A stretch of 32,000 bases of DNA from Synechococcus elongatus PCC 6301 (lineage in GTDB: Bacteria > Cyanobacteriota > Cyanobacteriia > Synechococcales > Synechococcaceae), in contig NC_006576.1 in NCBI RefSeq assembly GCF_000010065.1, forward strand, positions 2,370,001-2,402,000, read 5' to 3'. This document shows positions 1 through 9,230 of the stretch, in pieces. The stretch's first letter is position 1, and every line of letters begins with the position of its first letter. Made by a program: the position numbers and the translations under genes. The notes beneath the pieces were generated by a model, which saw nothing but the letters and a program-made list of their open reading frames with translations, had not been told where the DNA came from and made no database searches.

Positions 1-348
1 TGGATTGCGCCGGGAACAACGCCGGCAGCCGATCTGATCCAAGGCATTGAGCAGGGTGTCTTCGCCCGCAATTGGCTGGGTGGCATGACCAATGGTGAGA
101 TGTTCACCTTCTCGGCGGGCGAGGCTTGGATGATTCGTAATGGTGAGCTGGCGGAGCCGGTGCGTGATGTCACGCTCTCAGGCAATGTGTTCTCGACCCT
201 AGCGGCGATCGAAGCGATCGGTGATGACTTTGTCTGGGATGAGTCGGGCGGCTGTGGCAAGGGTGGCCAGAGTGGTTTGCCCGTTGGCTGCGGTGGTCCG
301 AGCCTGCGAATTCGGGATGTCGTCGTCGGTGGCGAAGCGAGTGATTAA
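1..348 (+). CDS. TldD/PmbA family (TldE-like) metalloprotease, C-terminal fragment (5' end outside window)
   Basis: Frame 1 is open from base 1: WIAPGTTPAADLIQGIEQGVFARNWLGGMTNGEMFTFSAGEAWMIRNGELAEPVRDVTLSGNVFSTLAAIEAIGDDF..., typical of the PmbA/TldE C-terminus; stop at 346-348. Confidence 0.85.
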   Translation, partial: WIAPGTTPAADLIQGIEQGVFARNWLGGMTNGEMFTFSAGEAWMIRNGELAEPVRDVTLSGNVFSTLAAIEAIGDDFVWDESGGCGKGGQSGLPVGCGGPSLRIRDVVVGGEASD

Positions 349-424
349 AAAGCGTTCGCGCTAGACGGGACTCTAGGTCAGACGCGAGAATCAGAGATTG
401 CTGTGTTTGTGATCGCTCTCTCCC

Positions 425-895
425 ATGCCGCAGGTTGTGCTCTATCAGCCCGAAATCCCGCCCAATACCGGCAATATTGCACGCACCTGTGCCGCAACAG
501 ACACGCCCCTGCATCTGATCGAGCCCTTGGGGTTTGAACTGAGCGATCGCTATCTCAAGCGAGCGGGCCTCGACTACTGGCCTTACGTCCAGCTGACGAC
601 CCATCCTGATTGGTCCGTATTTCGGCAACAGCAGCAACAGCAGGGCGGCCGACTGATTGCGTTTACAACCAAAGGGGAATTGAACTATCTCGACTGTGAC
701 TTTCAAGCCACTGATTGGTTGCTGTTTGGGCGAGAAACTAGTGGCCTACCGGAAGATGTTTTGGCCAGCTGTGACCATCGCGTTCGTATCCCCACACCTC
801 AAGCAGGAGTGCGCAGTTTGAATCTGTCGGTGAGTGTAGCGATCGGATTATTTGAAGCGCGGCGACAAGTTTACTTTGCGACTAATCCTGCCTAG
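425..895 (+). CDS. trmL: tRNA (cytidine(34)-2'-O)-methyltransferase, SPOUT/TrmL family
   Basis: MPQVVLYQPEIPPNTGNIARTCAATDTPLHLIEPLGF...LLFGRETSGLP...VRIPTPQAGVRSLNLSVSVAIGLFEA; complete SpoU/TrmL signature motifs. Confidence 0.93.
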   Translation: MPQVVLYQPEIPPNTGNIARTCAATDTPLHLIEPLGFELSDRYLKRAGLDYWPYVQLTTHPDWSVFRQQQQQQGGRLIAFTTKGELNYLDCDFQATDWLLFGRETSGLPEDVLASCDHRVRIPTPQAGVRSLNLSVSVAIGLFEARRQVYFATNPA

Positions 896-972
896 TTTGA
901 GACTATTACAGCGGAGTCTTGGCAACGCTCTCAATGAACTGACTGAGATTGGAGCCATGTTTTAGCCTGAAC

Positions 973-1653
973 TTAGGGATAGTCGCGAATCACATAGCCA
1001 ACGCCTCGCACTGTCTGTAAAATTCGTTGCGGATTTGAGGCTTCTAGCTTTAATCGCAATGCTCGAATATAGACTTCAATAATATTAGACTCGCCCATGA
1101 AGTCATACCCCCAAACTTGCTCAAGAATTTGGTCACGGGTAACGACTTGTCGAGCATGTCTTAGGAGAAACTCGAGCAGATCAAACTCCTTAGCTGTCAG
1201 CTCTAGTCGTTGACTCCCTCGATAAACTTCATGGGTTAGACGATGGAGTGATACATCAGCAAACTGCAGGCGATCGGGCTCTTCTGGATTGACCCGACGT
1301 AATTGCGCCTTAACTCGTGCCAGCAGCTCCTCGATGCTGAAGGGCTTTGTGACATAGTCATCAGCCCCTGAGTTTAACCCCGAAACGCGATCGGAAATTT
1401 CATCCTTAGCTGTCAATAAAATGATTGGTGTTTGAACACCAGTCGATCGTAGCCTCAAGCAGATATCAACTCCAGAAAGAGTTGGTAACATCCAGTCCAG
1501 AATGAGTAAATCGGGTTGAATACTTCTTGCTAAAGATAGACCGTCTAGACCGTTGTTGGCAACTGTTACTTGATAGCCTTCTAAGCTGAGTTCTTGCTCA
1601 ACAAACAGCAGAAGCTTCGGGTCATCCTCAATGAGCAAAATATGATTGTTCAT
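973..1653 (-). CDS. OmpR/PhoB-family two-component response regulator (REC + winged helix)
   Basis: HILLIEDDPKLLLFV, DLLILDWMLP, LTAKDE, GADDYVTKPF; C-terminal LTAKEFDLLEFLLRHARQVVTRDQIL...RALRLKLE...RGVGYVIR. Confidence 0.93.
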   Translation of the reverse strand: MNNHILLIEDDPKLLLFVEQELSLEGYQVTVANNGLDGLSLARSIQPDLLILDWMLPTLSGVDICLRLRSTGVQTPIILLTAKDEISDRVSGLNSGADDYVTKPFSIEELLARVKAQLRRVNPEEPDRLQFADVSLHRLTHEVYRGSQRLELTAKEFDLLEFLLRHARQVVTRDQILEQVWGYDFMGESNIIEVYIRALRLKLEASNPQRILQTVRGVGYVIRDYP

Positions 1654-3098
1654 GGCAAGGATTCCCAGTTGGGTAAGATGATGGTGAAAGTACTGCCTTC
1701 CCCTAGTTTAGACCGCAGCGTAATTTTGCCCTGCATGCCTTCAATCAAGCTTTTGGCAATTGCTAATCCTAGCCCAGTTCCATCACGCGATCGTGTCATG
1801 GCTTCATCCACTCGGTAAAATCGCTCAAAAATGCGACTTTGGTGAGCAAGAGGAATTCCTACTCCTTGATCGATTATGTGAATTAAGGTCTGTTGATTAG
1901 ACTGCTCTAAATTAATGTAGACCACTTGATCTTGATTCGAATATTTGGCTGCGTTATCTAGCAGATTGATCAAAGCTTGCTCTAAACGATTTTGATCAGC
2001 GTAGACAACAATTTCACTCTTAGGGGTTTGCATAATAATTTGACGCCCAGTGACACGTCGTGTCATCTCAGCAACTTCTGCTATCAAAGTATTTAACACA
2101 GTCGGCATTAAGCGGAAATGCAGATTGCCGCTATCAACTCTTGCAAGATCTAGTAAATCTTGAAGCATTCGAATCGTTCTTTCAGCTTCTGCAGATGCTG
2201 TTTCTAGGGCTTGATTTTGATAAGAATTAAGATTGTCACCTCTTCTCAAAAGACTTTGCAGATATCCTGAAATCACTGTGAGGGGCGTTTTTAACTCATG
2301 GGAAACATTACCTACAAACTGTTGTTGTTGCTCCCAACTGATCGATAGACGATTCAACATGTCATTGAATGCCTTTGCAAGCCCTAAAATTTCCTCGGGA
2401 GCGTGGCGAAGTTCAAGAGGATCAGCTCCGAGATCAATGATTGAAATGTTACTAGCAATCTGGCTGATCTCCTTAATTGGAGCCATTGCTCTACGGATTC
2501 GACTAGCTATCACAACAATCAAGGTAAAAACCAGTAAAATACTGCCTAGCTGTAGTTGACTAAACAAAGAATCTAACTGTCTTTGATCTTCTGTAATATC
2601 TTGAAGCCAATATACATTTCCAATAGGATTTCCATCAAGACTTAGAGCAGTCTGAGCGAGAATAAAAGACTGCTGCTGTATCTGAAAAACTTTAGGATCA
2701 TTCGATGCGGGTAACTTGTTAGCCACTTCAATCAGATCACTTGAGGGAATATTCATCCCTCTCGATCGCGCTAAAAGTTCCCCTCTAGGGCTGCGAACCC
2801 AAATGAGGAGCCTCGGTTTAGAAACTTGGGCGATCGACCGTTCAAGCTCTAGTTGAATGGAATCATTGAGACTACTGATCTTAATTATTTCAGGAAAACT
2901 ATCAGAAATATAACTCAAATTTTGTTTGTAGCCATTAATCAGAGTTTGTTCTAATCGCCAAGATGACCACAAGGTGATGCTGCATACACCTAATGCGGAG
3001 ATTAAGGTCAGCTCAAGAGTCAGCCTAAATTGTAAAGAGTTTGTAGCAACTCGACTTCCTCCAAGCTTGTTAAAAATTGATTGAATATGGCGAAACAT
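1650..3098 (-). CDS. Membrane sensor histidine kinase (two TM segments, HAMP-like linker, HisKA, HATPase_c)
   Basis: FVGNVSHELKTPLTVISGYLQ (H-box), NLLDNAAKYS (N-box), DQGVGIP (G1), DGTGLGLAIAKSL (G2). ATGA overlap of 4 nt with the downstream regulator gene. Confidence 0.93.
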   Translation of the reverse strand: MFRHIQSIFNKLGGSRVATNSLQFRLTLELTLISALGVCSITLWSSWRLEQTLINGYKQNLSYISDSFPEIIKISSLNDSIQLELERSIAQVSKPRLLIWVRSPRGELLARSRGMNIPSSDLIEVANKLPASNDPKVFQIQQQSFILAQTALSLDGNPIGNVYWLQDITEDQRQLDSLFSQLQLGSILLVFTLIVVIASRIRRAMAPIKEISQIASNISIIDLGADPLELRHAPEEILGLAKAFNDMLNRLSISWEQQQQFVGNVSHELKTPLTVISGYLQSLLRRGDNLNSYQNQALETASAEAERTIRMLQDLLDLARVDSGNLHFRLMPTVLNTLIAEVAEMTRRVTGRQIIMQTPKSEIVVYADQNRLEQALINLLDNAAKYSNQDQVVYINLEQSNQQTLIHIIDQGVGIPLAHQSRIFERFYRVDEAMTRSRDGTGLGLAIAKSLIEGMQGKITLRSKLGEGSTFTIILPNWESLP

Positions 3099-3207
3099 TG
3101 ATTTGGCTAGAATTTCCTTTGATCAAGCTGTTGCTTAAGCTTATAAAACATTTCTAAAGCGAGCAGTACATGATTTTAGTCAAATGCTGAACTGCTCGCT
3201 AGAACTT

Positions 3208-3741
3208 CTATCTTTTTAGGGTGTCATTGTTGAGAATTTTAGGCCAATTCGCATTTGCTTTTACAATTTTAGTTGCTGTGTCTTGCTTCCATTCCTTCTG
3301 GGCTTCTAAACTGTAATTAAGGTAAAGCTTGCCATCGCGAATTTCCCAAGCATTAGGAATCGTTGTAGCTAAAACACCTGCAGATGCTGCTTTAGCGCAA
3401 TAACCGCCGTACTGCGGAGCATATTTAGTTGGGTTTTTTGCGAATAAGTCACGATTCATTGTGCTTGAGAACTGCCACTTTACACCATTCCAAGTGTGAG
3501 TAAATTTTGGACTCCCTTGAACGAGTGAATTGCTTCGAAAATATGCAACAACATCTTGGCCATCTAAAGCAATACCATTCTCGTTGTAAACGGCTGGAAA
3601 ACGAGTGGTTGCTTGAGCGAGCCTAGAATGACTGATAGAAGTTTCGACAGATTGAGTAGAGGTTGCAGCTTCTAGGCGGGTAACAACGCTAACAGATGCT
3701 AGGCCGACCAAACTGCAGATCAGAAGATAGCTAAGTTTCAT
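3208..3741 (-). CDS. YHS domain-containing exported protein
   Basis: N-terminal signal peptide MKLSYLLICSLVGLASVSVV; YNENGIALDGQDVVAYF...FTHTWNGVKWQFSSTMNRDLFAKNPTKYAPQYGGYCAKA..., a typical YHS-domain sequence. Confidence 0.8.
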   Translation of the reverse strand: MKLSYLLICSLVGLASVSVVTRLEAATSTQSVETSISHSRLAQATTRFPAVYNENGIALDGQDVVAYFRSNSLVQGSPKFTHTWNGVKWQFSSTMNRDLFAKNPTKYAPQYGGYCAKAASAGVLATTIPNAWEIRDGKLYLNYSLEAQKEWKQDTATKIVKANANWPKILNNDTLKR

Positions 3742-4234
3742 GGTTCCTTGATTGTCCTTGTTCTGCTAAATGACTAATTAAGGTTTCAAGCCTTTGGATG
3801 TGAGCTGAAAACAAAAAATCAGATTCAGCTAAAGCAAGATTACCGATGCATCACTCGATTTAAGTGATGATTGGATGAGGAGAGGCAAAAGAATGATTAA
3901 AAATGAACGATTATCCTGCCCACATTATTCAGGTTTAATTCATTGAGATCCTGTACAACCTATCCATTTTTCTGACTGATCGCTCAGGACTTATGAAGGG
4001 TTCAGGTTCCAGTGGGTTCCTTCTCAAAACTCCTTGGAAACATTTTTATTGCATTCTCGTCACATCTCCTGTGGCGGCGGGAACTCACGATCGCCTTTGA
4101 GAGATTGCTGAGGGCGGCATCCTTACTGGCTATGTGTGCCAGCACACTAGCCTTACTCCGACCACTGCCGCTCTCATGCAGACTGTAAAGAGATCTTGCA
4201 AGTTTGCGTTTTCTGCCCTTCTCATCTTGTCTCC

Positions 4235-5518
4235 ATGACCGTTTTTGCCCAAGCTCACGCCCGCCTCGGTCTGGCTTGTTTGTTGGTGTCAATCACAGCC
4301 TCGGGCTGTCAGATCTTGCCGCCAAGCTCTGCTCAAACCAATCGGGAGCAGCAGCGATCGCCCATCACTGCGGTGGATGCTGCGGTAGTTGAACGGCAAC
4401 CCCTCCAAGAAGCCACCCGGTACACCGGCACGACGGAACCTTTCCAATCTGTGTCGCTGCGGGCTCAAGTTGAAGGTCAAGTGCTGGGGCTTTCCGTCGA
4501 TGTGGGGGATCCAGTTCAGTCGGGGCAGTTACTCGCCCGCCTAGACGATCGCCTGCAAAGCACCGCGGTAGTTGCGGCAGCGGCAGAAGTGGCGGCTCGT
4601 CAGTCTGAAGTGGCTAGCCAAAGAGCTGAGGTGATTGCTGCTATGGCCTCCGTCGAGCAAGCTCGCCTCCAGCTCCAACAGGCCCGATCCGATGCAGCCC
4701 GCCTAACGCGCCTGTTTCAGGCGGGAGCAATTTCTGCGCAGGAAGCTGAAACAGCTCAGACTGCCGTATTGACGGCCGAACAAGCGGTTCGCACTGCCCA
4801 ACAACAGGTGCAAACCCGTCAACAGGCTGTGGCGGCGGCTGAACGTCGGGTGGTTGCCCAACAGGCGATCGCCAACCAAGAACAGGCGCGGCGCAACTTC
4901 ACGCAGCTGATTGCGCCGGTCACCGGTCTGGTTTTAGAGCGCAGTACGGAAGCAGGTAACCTCGCTCGTGAGGGCGATGAGATTCTCACGATTGGCGACT
5001 TTAGCCGCATCAAAGTTGTCCTGCGTGTCTCTGAGCTAGAACTTGCCAACCTGCGGGTTGGACAGTCCGTCCAAGTCCGACTGGATGCTTTTCCCAAGCA
5101 GACCTTTACGGGGCAAATCAGCCGGATTGCGCCGGTAGCTGATCGCCGAACCCGGCTGATTCCTGTGGAAATTACCATGCCTAATCCTGATGGTCGGATA
5201 GGCAGCGGTTTATTGGCGCGGGTGGTACTGTCCAGCAGTGCGCCTGACCCGATCGTCGTCCCTGAAGCGGCGCTCTCGACCGGGGAGACGCCCACTACAA
5301 GCGATCGCGGCACTGTGTTCGTCGTCAAAAAGCAAGGCGATCGCACCACCACCGAAGCGCGATCGGTGCGGTTAGGACCTCGGGCCGATGGCCGTGTGGT
5401 CATTCAAAGCGGCTTACAAGCGGGTGAAACGATCGTGGTGCGCAGTGCCAGTCCTCTCAAAGCGGGCCAGCAGGTTCGCCTCAGCATTCTGTCCACAGCG
5501 GGAGACCAGAACGGATGA
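4235..5518 (+). CDS. RND efflux transporter periplasmic adaptor subunit (HlyD/MFP family)
   Basis: ATG at 4235 preferred over the track start 4196: lipoprotein-like N-terminus ...VSITASGC; VSLRAQVEGQVLGLSVDVGDPVQSGQLLARLDDR, coiled-coil helical hairpin, LIAPVTGLVLERSTEAGNLAREGDEILTIGD. Confidence 0.92.
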   Translation: MTVFAQAHARLGLACLLVSITASGCQILPPSSAQTNREQQRSPITAVDAAVVERQPLQEATRYTGTTEPFQSVSLRAQVEGQVLGLSVDVGDPVQSGQLLARLDDRLQSTAVVAAAAEVAARQSEVASQRAEVIAAMASVEQARLQLQQARSDAARLTRLFQAGAISAQEAETAQTAVLTAEQAVRTAQQQVQTRQQAVAAAERRVVAQQAIANQEQARRNFTQLIAPVTGLVLERSTEAGNLAREGDEILTIGDFSRIKVVLRVSELELANLRVGQSVQVRLDAFPKQTFTGQISRIAPVADRRTRLIPVEITMPNPDGRIGSGLLARVVLSSSAPDPIVVPEAALSTGETPTTSDRGTVFVVKKQGDRTTTEARSVRLGPRADGRVVIQSGLQAGETIVVRSASPLKAGQQVRLSILSTAGDQNG

Positions 5519-8500
5519 GCCCAACGCCGCCTCCGAAGCTCAGCCTCAGCGGGCTTTCGATTCGTCGCCACATCGGTACCCTGATGCTGACCTTGGCCAC
5601 AGTGGTTGTGGCAGTCTTTCTTGTCAGTCGGCTTCAGGTCGATCTCTTGCCGTCGATCACCTATCCGCGAATTGGGGTGCGGCTGACGGCACCGGGACTG
5701 GCGCCGGAAATCGCCGTGGAAGAAGTCACCAAGCCCCTCGAAGAATCGCTCTCGGCGACTGAAGGGGTAGTGCAAATCTTCTCGCGCACCCGCGAAGGCG
5801 ATGTCAGCATTGACCTCTTCTTCGAGCCGGGAGGAAACATTGACCAAGCCCTCAACGATGCGACGGCCACCTTCAACCGGGCCCGATCGCGGCTCCCCGA
5901 GGGCATTGAAGAGGCACGACTATTCAAGTTCGACCCATCCCAGTTGCCGGTCTACGAGTTTGCCCTTTCCTCCACTGAGCGATCGCCCCAGGAATTGCGC
6001 CTGCTTGCCGAAGAAGAACTGGCCCGAGAGCTGACCTTGCTGCCAGGGGTCGCAGCGGTTGATGTCACCGGCGGTCTCGAGGAGGAAGTGCGGGTTCTGC
6101 TCGACCCCGATCGCCTGCAGGCTTTAGGCATTGGGCTGGAGACCGTCCTCAATGAATTGCAAGAGAGTAACCAAGATGTTTCTGGTGGCCGACTGCTGGG
6201 CAGTGCTGAGCCCCTGACGCGGACAACAGGACGTTTTCAAGACGCCCAAGACATTTTAGATCTGACCTTCGAACGAGCGGGTAGCGAAACCGATCCGTCC
6301 CAGCAGTTACGGCTGCGAGACTTTGCCCAGGTCATTGACGGCAGCGCTGAGCAGCGGATTTTCGTCAGCCTCAATGGTCAGCCAGCCGTCAAGGTTAGCG
6401 TCCAGAAACAGCCGGAAGCCAACACGATCGCGGTTGTTGACGCTGTTAAACAGCGCTTGAACCAACTTCAGGCCAATCAAGTCCTCGGCGAAGGAGTGCA
6501 GGTATTGCCGACCTTGGATGAGTCGATTTTTATTCAAAATGCGATCGGTAATGTCACCAGCTCCGGTCTGGCTGGGGCTGGCCTTGCCGCGCTGGCGGTA
6601 CTGCTCTTCCTCGGCTCTTGGCGGCAGACCCTGATCATCGTGATTTCAATTCCGCTGGCGACGCTGGCCGCGATCGTGATGATGCGACTAGCGGGCTTCT
6701 CCCTCAACATCTTCAGCTTGGGCGGACTGGCACTGGGCGTTGGCATTGTTGTCGATAACTCGATCGTCATGTTGGAGACCATCGCCGATGGCGTTGGCAT
6801 CACCCCTGGTCGCGATAGCCGCAGTCTGCTTTCGCCGCGACAGGTGATTGAGCGGGCGATCGACAGCAGTCAAAAAGTTGAGTCAGCCCTGATTGCTTCA
6901 ACGACCACCAACTTAGTGGCGGTACTACCCTTTTTGATGCTGGGTGGCTTTATTTCCCTGCTGTTCAGTGAGCTGATTCTGACGATCAGTTTTGCCGTGG
7001 CGGCTTCAATTTTGGTGGCGCTGACGGTTGTGCCGGCTATGGCCTCGCGACTGTTGGCTCGCAAGGAAACCAGTGGTCTCGATCGCTGGCCCCCGCTGCT
7101 GGCCTTTCAGCACCAATTTGCTCGACTGCAAACGGCCTATGGTCAGGTGCTCCAGCGTCTGATCAACCGGCCGCTGCGCACGATCGCGATCGCTTTTCTC
7201 GTCTTGGGTCTGAGTGGCGCCTCCTTGCTGGGCCAGCTCTCCCAGGAGATTCTGCCTCGGATTAATACAGGCCAAGCGCAGCTCTTTGTCCAGTTCCCAC
7301 CAGGTACTCCCTTGGTGGACAACCAACGGGTGATGGCGGCGATCGAGCAGTTGATCCTCGAGCAACCCGAAACAGACTATGCCTTTTCGACGATTGGGGG
7401 CTCCCTGTTTGGGGCCAATACGACCACCAACGTTCTACGCAGTTCCAGCACAATCACGCTGAAACCTGGCAGTGATGTCGATCAGTTTGTTGAACGACTG
7501 ACGCCCGCCTTCAACCAACTCAATTTGGTGGATACCTTGGTGCGGGTCACCCCAGGCTCAGTACGCGGTTTGATCACCAATAACTCGCCGCTACGCGGTG
7601 CCGATATCGACGTCATTCTCCAGAGTGAAGATCGCGAACAACTGGCGATCGCGGGTGAACAGGTGATGCGAGCTCTGGGGCAAGCGCAACTCGCCCGCTA
7701 TCGACCCGACAGCGATCGCCGCGAACCAGAATTGCGAATCCAGCTCGATCGCGAACGAGCAGCGGCTCTCGGCCTGAATCCCAGTCGCGTGGGCAATACA
7801 ATTCAAACCGCGATTGAAGGTTCGATACCAACCCGTCTACAGCGGGGCGATCGCCTGGTGGATGTGCGGGTGGAAGTTGCCAACACGGCCATCAATACGC
7901 CGGCTCAATTGCTGCAGCTGCCGCTGTTTAGCAACACGGGCTCGCTGATTCGCCTCAATGACATTGCCCGTCTTGAGACGGGGGCTGCCCCCTCCGAAAT
8001 TCAGCGGATTAACCAACGACAGGTCTTCCAAATTGCCGGCAACCTCAGTCAAGGTGCCAGCTTGAGTGCTGCGATCGCAGAGGCTGAGCGCCTGATTGAC
8101 TCCGTCGATCTCCCCTCGGGAGTCAGTTTGTTGCCCAGTAGCGCTGCCGAGAGCAACCGGCAGTTGCAGGCCAGTCTGCCGATTCTGGGTGGCTTGGCTG
8201 GCTTCTTGGTCTACGTGGTCATGGCGGTGCAGTACAACTCGCTGATCGATCCGCTAGTGATCATGTTCACGCTGCCTCTGGCCTTAGCCGGTGGCATCCT
8301 GGGGCTCTACTTCACGAACACCGCGATCGGTGCAACGGTCGTCGTTGGGGTGGTGCTACTGGTTGGGATCGTCGTCAATAACGCGATCATCCTGGTGGAA
8401 CTGGCCAATCAACTGCGGGAAGAGCAGGGCTGCGATCGCCGCTCGGCCATACTGCAAGCGGCCCCGCAACGCCTTCGCCCCGTGCTGATGACGACACTCA

Positions 8501-8769
8501 CTACCGTGCTGGGGATGTTGCCCTTGGCGCTGGGCATTGGTCAGGGCAGTGAGTTCCTGCAACCGCTGGGGATTGTCGTTTTCTCGGGGCTCTCCCTGGC
8601 AACGGTGCTAACCCTGCTGGTCATTCCCTGCTTCTACGTGCTGCTCCATGGGCTTGCTGAGCGCTGGACCCAGCATCCTTTGACAGTGACGGCCCTGCCG
8701 TTCGTGCCCGGGGGGCTGCCGCGTCCTTCGGTGGGCTCCACAGCAGACAAGTCCTCGATTGACCCCTAG
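5515..8769 (+). CDS. RND efflux transporter permease (AcrB/CusA-like superfamily)
   Basis: 1084 aa; VVVAVFLVSRLQVDLLPSITYPRIGVRLTAPGLAPEIA...VTKPLEE; VFLGSWRQTLIIVISIPLATLAAI...GGLALGVGIVVDNSIVMLE; 4-nt overlap with the adaptor gene. Confidence 0.96.
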   Translation: MSPTPPPKLSLSGLSIRRHIGTLMLTLATVVVAVFLVSRLQVDLLPSITYPRIGVRLTAPGLAPEIAVEEVTKPLEESLSATEGVVQIFSRTREGDVSIDLFFEPGGNIDQALNDATATFNRARSRLPEGIEEARLFKFDPSQLPVYEFALSSTERSPQELRLLAEEELARELTLLPGVAAVDVTGGLEEEVRVLLDPDRLQALGIGLETVLNELQESNQDVSGGRLLGSAEPLTRTTGRFQDAQDILDLTFERAGSETDPSQQLRLRDFAQVIDGSAEQRIFVSLNGQPAVKVSVQKQPEANTIAVVDAVKQRLNQLQANQVLGEGVQVLPTLDESIFIQNAIGNVTSSGLAGAGLAALAVLLFLGSWRQTLIIVISIPLATLAAIVMMRLAGFSLNIFSLGGLALGVGIVVDNSIVMLETIADGVGITPGRDSRSLLSPRQVIERAIDSSQKVESALIASTTTNLVAVLPFLMLGGFISLLFSELILTISFAVAASILVALTVVPAMASRLLARKETSGLDRWPPLLAFQHQFARLQTAYGQVLQRLINRPLRTIAIAFLVLGLSGASLLGQLSQEILPRINTGQAQLFVQFPPGTPLVDNQRVMAAIEQLILEQPETDYAFSTIGGSLFGANTTTNVLRSSSTITLKPGSDVDQFVERLTPAFNQLNLVDTLVRVTPGSVRGLITNNSPLRGADIDVILQSEDREQLAIAGEQVMRALGQAQLARYRPDSDRREPELRIQLDRERAAALGLNPSRVGNTIQTAIEGSIPTRLQRGDRLVDVRVEVANTAINTPAQLLQLPLFSNTGSLIRLNDIARLETGAAPSEIQRINQRQVFQIAGNLSQGASLSAAIAEAERLIDSVDLPSGVSLLPSSAAESNRQLQASLPILGGLAGFLVYVVMAVQYNSLIDPLVIMFTLPLALAGGILGLYFTNTAIGATVVVGVVLLVGIVVNNAIILVELANQLREEQGCDRRSAILQAAPQRLRPVLMTTLTTVLGMLPLALGIGQGSEFLQPLGIVVFSGLSLATVLTLLVIPCFYVLLHGLAERWTQHPLTVTALPFVPGGLPRPSVGSTADKSSIDP

Positions 8770-8795
8770 GAGCAGACTGCAGCAACCTGCGATCG

Positions 8796-9227
8796 CTAGT
8801 AACCGCCAGTGGTTGGCTCAAAGGCTGATTGCTGAGCGGTTTTCCAGTAGCGAGAGAAGCGCTTCAGATCGACATAGCCCTCGATCGCTGCAAACTCTGG
8901 CCCATCGCAAATCTCGAGGTTAAAGTCCGCTTCGATCGCATCGGCGATCTGGTTGAAGCGGGGACTGGGGCTGTCGGTAGTCGCAATGCAATCCGCTCCA
9001 TGGGCTTGGGCAAAGCGCCGCAGTTCTGTGGCCGGATCACCACGCCGGATCGTGACGGGCAACTCCAGCAGACATTCGTAGATGAAGACGACGCGCTTGA
9101 GGCTGATCTGCCAGTCCTTGAGCAAAGAGTCATCCCAGACCCAAAGCGCCGGAGCTTTGGGATGGCGCAGGAGAGCGGGGTTTTGGGGGCTGAGGGCATC
9201 CCCGTGGATCCAGACAATTGGTTTCAT
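8796..9227 (-). CDS. Stand-alone protein resembling the N-terminal alpha/beta (photolyase) domain of DNA photolyase/cryptochrome
   Basis: MKPIVWIHGDALSPQNPALLRHPKAPALWVWDDSLLKD...VVFIYECLLELPVTIRRGDPATELRRFAQAHGADCIATTDSPSPRFNQIADAI...; matches the photolyase pattern (xxVWxRxDLRxxDNPAL..., RGDPxxxL..., HGA...). ORF ends before any FAD-binding domain. Confidence 0.7.
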   Translation of the reverse strand: MKPIVWIHGDALSPQNPALLRHPKAPALWVWDDSLLKDWQISLKRVVFIYECLLELPVTIRRGDPATELRRFAQAHGADCIATTDSPSPRFNQIADAIEADFNLEICDGPEFAAIEGYVDLKRFSRYWKTAQQSAFEPTTGGY

Positions 9228-9230
9228 GGT

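Noticed and set aside
4002-4292. 96-aa minus-strand ORF upstream of the RND adaptor
   Set aside because: Lys/Arg/Ser-rich sequence without motifs, overlaps the adaptor start and crosses the hairpin; more likely regulatory DNA.
4819-5847. Two long minus-strand ORFs (4819-5403, 5404-5847) opposite the RND genes
   Set aside because: Low-complexity, Arg/Ser/Thr-rich translations fully opposite convincing coding sequence; shadow ORFs.
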